Part shown: positions 28,601 through 40,100 of the stretch, in pieces | Layout: every line of letters starts with the position of its first letter | Numbering within the stretch: the stretch's first letter is position 1 | Source: a virus | Direction: 5' to 3' (one strand) | IMG/VR virus record: IMGVR_UViG_3300009428_000006 | Span: 1-64,000 of that record | DNA length: 64,000 nucleotides | Made by a program: the position numbers and the translations under genes | The notes under the pieces: model-generated | The model's input: only the letters and a program-made list of their open reading frames with translations | The model's database searches: none | What the model was told of the DNA's origin: nothing

Positions 28601-31600
28601 ATGGCTCAAGAAGCCGAACTCAGGATTAAGCATGACAGCGTTGAGAAGACAACATCGGCAATTGATGCTTTAATAAGCAAGCTTGATCAACTAGACAAAG
28701 GTCTTGATAAATTAAGTACCGAGAATAAAGCACAAGAAGCTTCGCAAACTAAATTAAATACAGCACTAAAGGCAGCAGAGATTGCTAGGAAGAAAGCTGT
28801 AGACATGTTAGGATTGCACCAACAAGGTCTTCACAAGCTCAGTGATGCGTATGCAACTGAGCAAGCAGCTATAAAAGCTAGAGAAGTCGCTGCTAAGAAA
28901 GGTATAGAAACAGGAAGTAAAGAATATGACATACTTCTCAACAACATCAAGGCAACAGAGTTAGCAACAACAGCTTCTAAGAGATTAGCAGCAGAGCAAG
29001 CTCAGAAAGTCGCTGAGATGACTAAATCACAAAAGGCAGCAGAGCTAGAGGCACTAGCTCAAGGCAAGCAGACAGCCGCTGAGAAGGCTCAGGAGAAAGC
29101 ACTAGCATCCTCTAATATAGCCAGAGAAACGGCAACAAAGCTTCTCAAGCTAGAAGAGAAAGGTTTAGACAGACTGAGTGATGAGTATGCAGAGGCCAGA
29201 GGAGAAATCCTTGGAATTGAAAGGGCTAAGCAGAAAGGACTTAAAACAGGATCTGATGAATACAACCAGATAGTAAAGAATACCAAAGCCATAGAGCAAT
29301 CTACCGCAGCCAGAAAGCGTCTTCAGAAAGAAACAACAGAAAGCACTAAGGGTGCGAGTAAGTTCACTGACGGACTAGATGATATGGCTAAACAGGCAGC
29401 ACTTGTAGATGGACCATTAGGCGGTATAGCCTCACGACTTACAACCTTAAGTACTATTCTTAAGTCTACAGGCGGCATAGGAGGGGCAATAGCCCTAACA
29501 GGCCTTGGTATAGGTGTTGCATTGTTTACCCAACAACTTTCCAGAGGCATAACAACTGCTAAAGAGTCTGAGGTTGCATTTAAAACACTTGAAGCTCAAA
29601 TAGAGGCAACAGGTAATGCAGCAGGGTACTCAGCTACCCAATTAGACATGATGGCCAGAAACATAGCAAGAGGTACTTTAGACAGTACAGATAATGTAAG
29701 AACTAGTATTCAATCTCTCCTGTCTTTTACAAATGTCTCATCTGCTGTGTTTGAAGATGTCATAAGGAAATCTCAAGATATTGCTATTGTGGCTGGTAAA
29801 TCCACTAAAGAAGTTGTTAATCAGCTTGGCAGAGTGCTGGATAATCCCATCTCTAAACTAGAGTCTCTAAAAGAGTTGAGGATTGATCTTGAAAAAGGTG
29901 ATAAGGATCGGATAAAGAGTTTACAAGTAGAAGGTAGACTTTATGAAGCTCAAGAGATAATCCTAAGCAGAATTAATGAAAGGTATGGAGATATAGCTAG
30001 GGCGCAAGCAGACACCTTAGCTGGAGATCTTGATACGGTCAATCAGCAATGGACAGAGTTGTTCGAAACACTAGGAAGAGGGGCTAGTGGCCCACTCAGG
30101 ACAGTTGTTCAAAACTGGTCTCAATGGCTAGAGCTCGCACAACAACTATCAGAGACAGATGTTGAAACCATGCTGAGAAAGCAAAGAAATGAGATGCAGG
30201 GACTTACCAAGACATCAGAAGACACAGCCAAGCAAATAGCCCTAATAGATCAGCGTCTCGAAGAATTGAGTAAGTCAAGTGATGAACTTAGCCTATCAGA
30301 TGAGGTGAAAAGGCTATCGCTAGAGGCAGGGACTGCTGTTGAGGGCTTCCTTAGGATGCAAGCATCTTGGTTTGGAATAGGTGACGGTATAATCTCCGCT
30401 AGAGAACTTTCTGACAGATTTTATACAGATGAGCAGAAAGAATCTATTTCGCTATTAAGACTTAAAGAAGAATTGGTAGAAAAACAGAAACAGCAAAATG
30501 GTGAGTATTCTAACTATGTATCTCTCCTGACAGATGCACAGCAGAAAGCAAGAGAAACTTCTGAACAAGAACTTGAAAAGCAGAAGCAACTTACAGCAGC
30601 CTTCTTGCAGGCAGGGGATACAGCAAGTGACTACTACCTTTCAGTTAAAGCTGGACAAGATGCATTAACAGAGGCTACGAAAAGAGAACTTGCTGTATCA
30701 GAAGAGTCTCTCTCTAAGATTAAGAATGTTATTGCAGGTGGGAAAGAGAATCTTACAGTTCAAGAAAAAGAGCTAAAGATTATTTATGAGAACATCCTAG
30801 CAACATCTGATCTTACTAGGCAACGTGTAACTTACAACACTGTACTTCAAAAGACCAAATCCCTACAAGCGCAGCAAGATGGTCTTGAAAGAGAAGTAGA
30901 ATTATACAAGGCAACGACAAGTGGTATACTTAAGAACTCAGAGGCTTTTATTCAATTATCAGCTAGTATCAAGACGGCTAATGATATAAAAAGGATAAGC
31001 GGAGAAGTTACTGAAGCACAGACTAAGGCTTTGTATCAATAGAATGTAGAATTACTAAAAGCACAACGTAACCAAGCTGTACTTAATGCATTAAAAGCTA
31101 GTGATGCAAATAGTGCAAACGTAGCTACACTTAATAGGCAAATAGAATTACAAAAACTTTTGTCAACAGGTGTTAGTAAGACATCTTCTGAATACATTTA
31201 TGAAGAAGAGCGTTTAAAAGCTCTTAACACTATCAAGACAAATGCAGTAGCTATAGATAGTCAAGAGTATATGCAATTACTTAAGAACGCAGAGGCAATA
31301 GCTGCTAAAAGATCTGAACTACAAAAGTATCAGGACTTAGCAGATGCAGGTATTAGTTTCTCATCTACAGGTGGTGCTCAGATAGAAGGTACACTAAACC
31401 AACTAACATCGGCACTTCCTGATGAACTTATTAAGCTAGACAATCTTGTAGATGTTGAGAATGGTATTTCTCAAGAAATGGTGGATAAGCTAAAAGAAAA
31501 TCTTAAAGCCACTTTCATGGATGAAAAGAATGAAATACTCATTCCATTAGGTTTCTTTGTAGATGAAGAAGGAGCTATTCAGGCAGCAACAGAGTTAAAT

Positions 31601-32377
31601 CTTCTACAGGAGGAATTGCGGGTTCAGGAAAAAGAACTTAAAGAGTTGTGGCAGGAAGAAGATCTTATAACTGAAGAGCAATATCTGGAAAGAAAGAGGC
31701 AGCTAAATGTAGATTATGAAGATAAGATAACCAATGCTAAGATAGCTGCTTGGGAAGCCACAGCAGAAGCTCAAGCATTATCAAGACAAGGGGAGGTGGC
31801 AGGTGTCATATCTAGTGGCGCTAAGATGTTATCAGCGGTTGCAGGTAACAGTAAGAAGTTGGCTAAGATCTCTAAAGCTGCTGCAATCTTTGAAACATCA
31901 ACGGCACTCGTTCAAAGTATAGCTAAGGCATCAGCAGTAGGTTGGCCAGCCAACATACCTATAATAGCAGAAGCGTTTGCAACAGGTACGCAGTTGGTAG
32001 GTCAGGCAAGATCTTTGAAAGAGCCATCTTTTGCTTTCGGTGGTGTAGATATTCAGGGGGAAGGTACAGGCAGATCAGATAGTATCAAGGCAAATATTGC
32101 AAGAGGTGAGTCAGTAATGACAGCCCCTGCCACAGCTAGATATAAGGATACTCTTGAAAGAATGAATGCTGGATTACCTATCAGACAAGGAGGTGGTAGT
32201 TCATTTACATCTTCTCCAGTTATCAATATCCAAGGGGACGCTTCAGAACGGACTGTAGGTCTTATTGAGTCTAAGCTAAGGGATTATGAGAACAGGGTTG
32301 AACAGATAGCTCAGGGTGTCTCTCTGCAGTCTATACAGCAGGAGAATGAAGTCGGTGGGTTCTTGAACCCGATATAA
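28601..32377 (+). CDS. tape measure protein (about 1258 codons) with an in-frame TAG at 31040-31042
   Basis: Ala/Lys/Glu helical protein; ORFs 28601 and 31160 are in frame with open sequence between; C-terminal FAFGG..G.GTGRSDSI.A.IARGESVM. Confidence 0.88.
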
Positions 32378-32397
32378 CAAAATAAGGAGGAAGATTA

Positions 32398-32784
32398 GTG
32401 GCAATCATTGATCTTCCTTACCAAGATATCATTGATAGAGAATCTGGAGCTACATCTGATAGCTTCGATCTAAATGAGATTGTATATTCTGGTAAGGTAT
32501 CACAACGGACATTTAATGGTCCCAGTATTGAAGCATCTCGAAACTCTATATGGAAAGTCTCATGGAAGCTCTTAGAGTTTGACAAGGGGCAAGGTGTCGA
32601 TCATGATATAGAAGTGGTCAGAGAGTTTTACAAACTGGCGTACATAAATAAGGTAAGGTGGAAACCTTTCGACATACCTCAGACAAGGATCTGGAGGACC
32701 GTACCCAACTCTTATAAAGAGAGTAACACGGCAGGTACAATATTTGAAGCATCATTAAGTTTAGAATACTTATATAACGAATAA
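32398..32784 (+). CDS. distal/minor tail protein (gpM-like)
   Basis: Size and position after the tape measure gene. Confidence 0.6.
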   Translation: MAIIDLPYQDIIDRESGATSDSFDLNEIVYSGKVSQRTFNGPSIEASRNSIWKVSWKLLEFDKGQGVDHDIEVVREFYKLAYINKVRWKPFDIPQTRIWRTVPNSYKESNTAGTIFEASLSLEYLYNE

Positions 32785-32797
32785 AGGAGGAAGGCCA

Positions 32798-33370
32798 GTG
32801 AGCTTAATTACTCATAGAGCAAAAGAGGATCTAGGTGGATTGGTCTACCTACTTACAATTGATATGCGGGATGTGACTGAAGATCCGACACATGTCTTGA
32901 GATTGGTAAATAATTATGGAGAGAATGGAGAGGGTGTTACTTTCCAAACTAACAAGTACACACCTTACCCTTATGAACTAAAGCAGGTTAAGAGATCAGC
33001 ATCTTCAAACACCAATAATGCTAAAATATCATTATCAGATAATGAGGGACTTACTATTTCTAGGTTTATAGATAAAGTAGGGGGCGATCTGCAAGGGGCA
33101 AAAGTGACAGAATTAAAAGTCTACGGAGTATTCTTAGACACATCTCCTGATGCAAACCCCTTGGCCTATGTAAAGAGGCTTGATCACATTGTTGATTACG
33201 TAGAGGATTCAGACACAATAGGGGAGGTAGTTTTAAACACGGTAGATCCTCTTTCTAAAGATGTGGATGTGCCTACTATTTCCTTTACAGCAGGGCTTCC
33301 TAATGGGAGTGTCTCGGCTATTAATATTTTCCCTGCAGTAAACAGGAACATTTCACAAGAGAGAGGATAA
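32798..33370 (+). CDS. minor tail protein (gpL-like)
   Basis: VTFQTNKYTPYP, GDLQGAKV; position. Confidence 0.7.
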   Translation: MSLITHRAKEDLGGLVYLLTIDMRDVTEDPTHVLRLVNNYGENGEGVTFQTNKYTPYPYELKQVKRSASSNTNNAKISLSDNEGLTISRFIDKVGGDLQGAKVTELKVYGVFLDTSPDANPLAYVKRLDHIVDYVEDSDTIGEVVLNTVDPLSKDVDVPTISFTAGLPNGSVSAINIFPAVNRNISQERG

Positions 33371-33371
33371 T

Positions 33372-33686
33372 ATGTACGGATGTGAAGAAGATATAAAGAA
33401 GGAAGCTGTAAACAGATTTCCAGAGGAAATGGTGGGGTACATAAAGAATGGAAAATTCCATGCATTAAAGAACATTTCAACAGATCCTCGGAAAAGATAT
33501 CAACTTTCAGTTGCAGATAAATTACTGGTCTTAAATAATAAAGTAGAGTATCTGGTGCATTCACATCCTAACATGGACCAGCACCCTAGTCAATTAGACT
33601 TACAATCACAAAGATCCACGGGAATCCCTTTCCTAATTATAGGGACAGATGGAAAAAATGTAACAACTATAAAGGAGGTATCATGA
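33372..33686 (+). CDS. JAB/MPN metalloprotease tail assembly protein (gpK N-domain-like)
   Basis: PEEMVG...VHSHP....PSQLD. Confidence 0.8.
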   Translation: MYGCEEDIKKEAVNRFPEEMVGYIKNGKFHALKNISTDPRKRYQLSVADKLLVLNNKVEYLVHSHPNMDQHPSQLDLQSQRSTGIPFLIIGTDGKNVTTIKEVS

Positions 33687-34189
33687 AAAGGCACCCTAGG
33701 AAAAGAGTAGTACAGTTTCATGGTATTTACCAAGAAAAGTATCAAGTTGCTCCTCTGGAAGTATATGCAGACAGTATGTTCAACCTTTTAAGCATTGTTT
33801 TTAAAAGTGCATACCCTGAGCTTCTGAAAGAGAAAGGTTTAAGAATTGCTTTTGAAAATAAAGAAGGTGAACTTACGGAGCTTTTCGATCCTGAACAAGA
33901 GTTACCAGATGAGCAAAGGACAATCCACATTTACCCTGATCCTGAAGGAGCAGAAATACTTACAGTAATAGCCATTGTTATATCTGTAATTTCAATAGGA
34001 CTTTCCTTCCTACTTGCTCCTAAAATAAACACAGACCAAGATACAACATCAGGGTCTAACTGGTCTACACCTGAAAATGTTGTAGGTCAAGGTGGCGCAA
34101 TGCCTGTCATTCTAGGAGAACGAAGAACGGGCAGCAGGGTTGCATCTTTTGGTATAGATTCAGAAATTTATAGGAGCAGATCTTCATGA
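33683..34189 (+). CDS. tail assembly protein (gpI-like, ubiquitin-like fold)
   Basis: HIYPDPEGA, hydrophobic segment, QGGAMPVILGERRTGS. Confidence 0.75.
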   Translation: MKRHPRKRVVQFHGIYQEKYQVAPLEVYADSMFNLLSIVFKSAYPELLKEKGLRIAFENKEGELTELFDPEQELPDEQRTIHIYPDPEGAEILTVIAIVISVISIGLSFLLAPKINTDQDTTSGSNWSTPENVVGQGGAMPVILGERRTGSRVASFGIDSEIYRSRSS

Positions 34190-37100
34190 TAGATAATAAA
34201 AAACCTGTGAGGTCTTTAGAGCAAAAAACAACTAATACAGGGTTTGACAAACCATCTCTTTATGGTGGTTCAGGACTAATAACCTACGGAAGTGATAGTA
34301 ATGCAAACTTTGTAGATGTAGTTTCTGTAGGCCCAATTGAATCTATTGACGAAATGTATATTAATGATGTTAATTTAGATACAGGAGAGTTCCCAAACAC
34401 AGAGATCTTTGTTCACACAGGAGACAGTGCAACAACAGCGTTTGATGGCAATTTCCCTTACGTGGAGAGAACGTATACACTAGGCAAACAAGCAGAGATC
34501 GTAGAAGGGGATAAGGGAAAGGTTTCTACCACCACATTTACCCGATCAGTAAGTGGGGTAGGTGTTTCTGGTGTTCGTATTAATTTTAACACATCTCAAT
34601 TTGTCCACAGAGACAAAGAGAACAGACGCAAGACAGCAGAGGCTGATTTCACTGTGTACCTCCTAGATGAGGAAGGTAATCGTATTAAATCCTCTAAGGT
34701 TGCCAATTCTAAATACTATGCCTCTAATCCTACATCAGTGGGTTGTACAATCCTTGCCAGAGAAGAGGATGTGAAGAGAGTCTGGGAATATGAAGTGGAG
34801 ATGAAGATCCGTGTCAACTTTTATGGAACTACAGTTTCTGGAACATGGTCTGCTTCTACTATTACAGAGCTTTACAAAGAGACGCAATCTTATGAGAATG
34901 TAGCTATGGTAAGTGGCAATGTTGTCGCTAGAGACCTCTCAGGAAGTTCTCCAAAGAGGGAGTATTTGGTAAAAGGCTATAAGGTAGATGTTCCTGTATA
35001 TATAGGAGAGAACAATCTCTTTCTAGGAGAATTCACCAAGGCAGTTTCATATAGCCATGCTTGGAATGCAATGGCCGTACTCGTAGATGAGAAGTGGGGA
35101 GCTGGACTACCCATAGACAAGATAAACGTAACCAGTTTTGTAGAGTTTGATAAATACATTTCTGAGATAATGGCTGATGGTAGTAAGAGATACAGCCATA
35201 GTCAAGAACTCCTGAAGTCAGATAGCTACTTCAGGATTGCTTCTCAAATTGTTGGCGCTGCAGATGGTAAACTATATGAAGACACAAGTGGAAGGGTTGC
35301 TGTCTCAATAGACAGACAAACAGATAAAAGACGAGTCATTACATCTTATGATATTCTTAATGAGAAAGTTAAAAAGACAACCGTCCCAGAGAAAAAGAAA
35401 ACCAACTATGTAGAGGCAGAGTTTTCTGATAAAACCAATAACTACCAGACAACGATTGTTTCTGTACAAGATGACGGTGCCATTGTTAAGAATGGATTAG
35501 TTCAAGAGAAGCTGCAATTAATAACCTGTAGTGACCCTCTAGAAGCAGACAGAACAATCAAAAAGGTACTTGTTAACTCACAAATTGCTGTAGCTTCTTA
35601 TGCCTTCTCAGTAGGCCACACGCATGAAGATATCCAAATCGGAGAGGTTGTAGAGTTATATGATCGAATTTACTCAAGATCTAACTATTGTGGAAAGACA
35701 AGAGAGGGAAGTACCAATACGAGAATAGAGATAGATCCTAGAACACCTATCAATATAGAGGGTATAACTAATCCTAAAATAGTTTTTGACAATAACCGAG
35801 AAGAGCCTATTGAGGTTGATATTTCAGAGTGGACAGATTCTTACATCATCCTTTCAACCCCCTTGGAAGAAGCTCCACTCTCCTTCACATCTTTTGGTGT
35901 AAAAAGTGGAGACACCTTAGGGTTAAAACCTGTACTTATAAAAGTGCTAGGGATCACCAACAACCAAGGTGTTATTCAAGCAGAGGGTGTTGATTACAAT
36001 GATTCTATATTTTCTCACATAGAGGAGGGCACAGATCTCTTAGTCCCTGTTACTCGAATACTTCCAGATCTCCAAGAGGACATCCAAGGACTCTCTCTCA
36101 CAAAGATTACGGCAGGTATCTCTGCAAACTGGGATGATGCAGAAGAAGGTACATATGTTTATTTCTGGAAGAAGTTTACAGGAGATACGGAGAGAGATCC
36201 TAATAACACAGGCATCTTAGTTACAAGTGGTCAAACAAGTTTGTCAAACAATACGTTACCGCTACCATTAGAACCTGCCAGATATGAGTTTTCTGTGTAT
36301 ATATTAAACGAGTTGACAGGTGAAAGCAGTTCAACAAAAAGTGTGAGTATTAATCTGGATATAACAGATTCTGCCACATCTTCAATCCCTCAGCCAACAA
36401 ACTTTGATACAGAGAATGGCCAAGGTACTTATGAAGGGAGCGGATTCACACTAAAATGGGATCAACAAGTTGGAACAGAATCCCCTTATCTAATGGGTTA
36501 TATCCTCCGTATAACGCAGGGTGGAGACACTTTAGAATATAGACTAACAAGTGACTATAGATCTTATCAAGTAACGTCACAGGCGCTTACAGAAGCATTT
36601 GGTGAGAATTATTCTAGAAGTTTCACAGCAAGACTTATTGCATATGATGATACATTAGCATCTGCACCAACTGTTACAAGAATAGTCAACAATGCTGCAC
36701 CTTTGTCTCCAGAGATAACTGTAAGAGTTACAGGAGATATTTTATTATCTTCTAATAGTGGCATACCCGAAGATGCAATAGGCTCTATTGTTTATGTCTG
36801 GGAAAGTTCAGACATAAATTCAGTTAGACCCTCTACAGCATTAGTATTCCGCAGTAACCAAGTTGCGGAAATAGATCTGCCTAATGACACCTTAATATAT
36901 GATAACAGAGATTATGTGTTTGAGGCAGCTTGGATTGATGGTTTTGGAGAAACAGAAACTAACTATGGAAGAGCCCAAATAGCATTTGGCCCTGATGTAC
37001 TTATACCTGAGCCAATGACCTTAGTAAGAGCCAATGCCTACTCTATCACAGGTATTCAAGTAGAGTTTGAACACGATGGTGTTTGGCTGGAAAAGATGAA

Positions 37101-40100
37101 AGTCTATTACAGAAAAACCAGCGAGTCAGGAGAGTTCCTACTAGATGACAGTTACCTTTTTGAAGGGGATGTACGAGTAAGCTATGATGAAGGGACTCAG
37201 TCAGGTACTTTTATTATCGAAGGGCTGGACTATAACAGTGAGTATGAAATATACACCACAGTTTCCAATATATCTAGTGCAGATTCAGAGGCATCAGGGA
37301 CAGTTGTAGGTATTACAATTCCTTACGCTAACGTGGAAGATATTAGAAATGATATTCTTGAGGTTAGGGATGATATTCTTGATGTAAGAGATCAGGTAGA
37401 TGGTGAATTAAAGCCACAGTTGAACCTTGAGACTTTAAGAAGAGAGGAAAGCGATAGAGAGCTTTTCAATACCACTGCTTCACTTGCTGAGTTCAGAAGA
37501 AACAGTAATAGTGAATTCAATACACTCAGAGACGCTACATTTGAAGTGAATCCCGAAACAGGTACAATAGAGCTGAGAGCATATAACTATGCAGATACTC
37601 AATTTACCCAAGCGGGTATTTTAATTGATGGTGTAGATGCAAAGGTCAGTATTAATGCTGGAAAGATTATAGATCTGGGTACTTCTGTTCAAGACGCGAA
37701 TGCAAGTATAGATGTACTTGCAGGTCAGGTAGAAATAAAGGCAAGCTATACAGAGATGACAGAATATGTAAATGGAGCATTGGATGCAATCATTCCTGCA
37801 TATTCTTTTGGATTCTTCAACAGCTCAGAAGGCTGGTCGGCTGTGAATGGAACTATCACCCAAGGAAATAGCTTTATAAGCACAACTTGGGGCGATATAG
37901 AGAATCAAATGCTCAACTATTCAGCAGATGATAATCCTATTATTACCCTCACAACAAAGAGACTATCAGGAAGTGGTTTCACAGGTAACTTAGTTGTAAC
38001 GTTTGATGGAGGTGCCACAGAGACATACACAGCAGCTTTATCACAAGGGACTGTGGGAGTAACAAATGTTCAGAACTTGAACCTGACAGAAGATGCAACT
38101 TACACTGGAACAGTAACAGGTCTGAGAATCATCTTAGGAGAATCTTCTTCTGATGAGTTTGAAGTATCAAGTATAACAATAGGAAAACCCTCTGCTCAAC
38201 TAGAAGCTCTAGATGGAGTAACCGCACAGGTAAATCAGTTAGGTATAGACGTGGACGCTATTGAAGGTCAACTGACTAGTTTTGTCACTACTGCCTTTTA
38301 TGATGAGAACTCGGTAACACTTAACAATGTAACTCAAGTACTAGATGGTGAGGAAGCTATAATCTCTTTGAGAGCAACCCAGCAAGAGCTTGATAATGAA
38401 GGGACGATCACTAAAGCAAACAGCGCGTCTCTCTGGGTAGATGGAGCAAATGCAACCATACGCTCTAATGTGGTTAGTTTCAATGCAGAAGAGGGTGGAA
38501 TTGATGATCAGATCGAGGGTCTCATTGGAGGATTGAACACAGTTCAACAGGAACTCAGCACAATAGATGGTGCTAAGGTTCGATCTAACTTGGTAAGTAT
38601 AAACAGACTAGATACAAAATCTAAAGACTTAGAAGAGCTACAGTTTTATACAGAACTGAAGATACTTGATCAGAAGAACAGGGATCTCGAATTAGGAGAC
38701 TCAGTTGCAATAGTAGATACTCAACTAAAAGCACTCTCTACAGATCAAGGGGCACTCTCTCAAGAGATACTGGAACTAACTGCAGCATCTGGGACCATTG
38801 AAGGGCAGGTAACGGCGAACTCTACAAGAATACAACAAGCAGAGACAGACATTGAAGGTAATGCATCAGCACTAGCAGCACTCTCGACTAAGGTAGAGAA
38901 TGTTGATGGAGATTTGTCACAAGCAGAACTTCTCCTATATTCTGAGACAAACGGATTAGGTGTTGTTTCAAGCAGGGCATATCTCGGTGTTAGTGAGACG
39001 GTTGATGGAAAGACTACGGTTACAGGTATCACTGCAGATTCCTCTACAAATGGATTACGATTCCAAGGTGATGTGGTTCAATTTGATGACTCCTCTGGTA
39101 ATCCTGCCTTGCAATACAGGGCAGATTTGAACAAGTGGGTATTTACGGGTAACGTTGTTGTAGGTGGATATACTGTTGAATCAGAAGATGATATACGTGC
39201 TTTAGATGGAGACACTATCTATGAGGTCTATCAATATTCTGTAGACGGAAGTACTGCATGGCATGACGATTACACCACAGGTGATCTTTTCAGACGTACA
39301 GCTACTGTTACAAATGGTGTTCTTGGTGCTTGGAGGGATGTATCTCGTATTACAGGAAGAACTCCTGCGATAAGCACTAACCCAGATGGATCGGTAACTA
39401 TTTCTAATGGTACAGAAGAAGCCACAATATATGATGGTGAAAATGCACCTATCCCTACGATAACAGATAATGGTGATGGTACTTACACTATTAACAACGG
39501 TGCTGGTGATGTTGTTACCATAAGTGATGGAGAAACCCCTGTTAAAGGTGTGGATTATTTTGATGGCTTAGATGGTAGTTTTGTAAGTAATATATTTATA
39601 ACTTCTTCTACAGGTGCTCCTGCTACCCCTACGGGAGGTACATTCGATGGCACAACAGAGACATTCCCTACGGGATGGCAAGACACACCTTATTTTGTAG
39701 AAGGTGATATCACTTATATTTCAACAACAAGATATTCTCAGCAAAGTAATGGTAGTTGGATCAAAAGTGGGTGGTCCAATCCTGCTGAATATATTATCAA
39801 AGGTGAAGACGGGGCTGATGGGAAAGATGCTTTAGCTAACCTAATAAACCCAGCAGACGAATGGGTGGTTGGCACTAGTGGCTCTCAGGGTGAGTTTATA
39901 CAGTACGGCTCAGAGTTTAATAATAAAGTTGTTAATATAGAAGGTCCAGAAGGAGTTGTAGAACCTGTTTGGGTGAGTGAAGGTACACAAAGTGCAGCAG
40001 CAGGTGGTTGGTCTAAGACTATTTCAGGTGATCCAACAAAATCTTATAGGTTTTCTGTTTGGGCTTATAGAAGGTCAGAATCTGATAGTCGATTATATTT

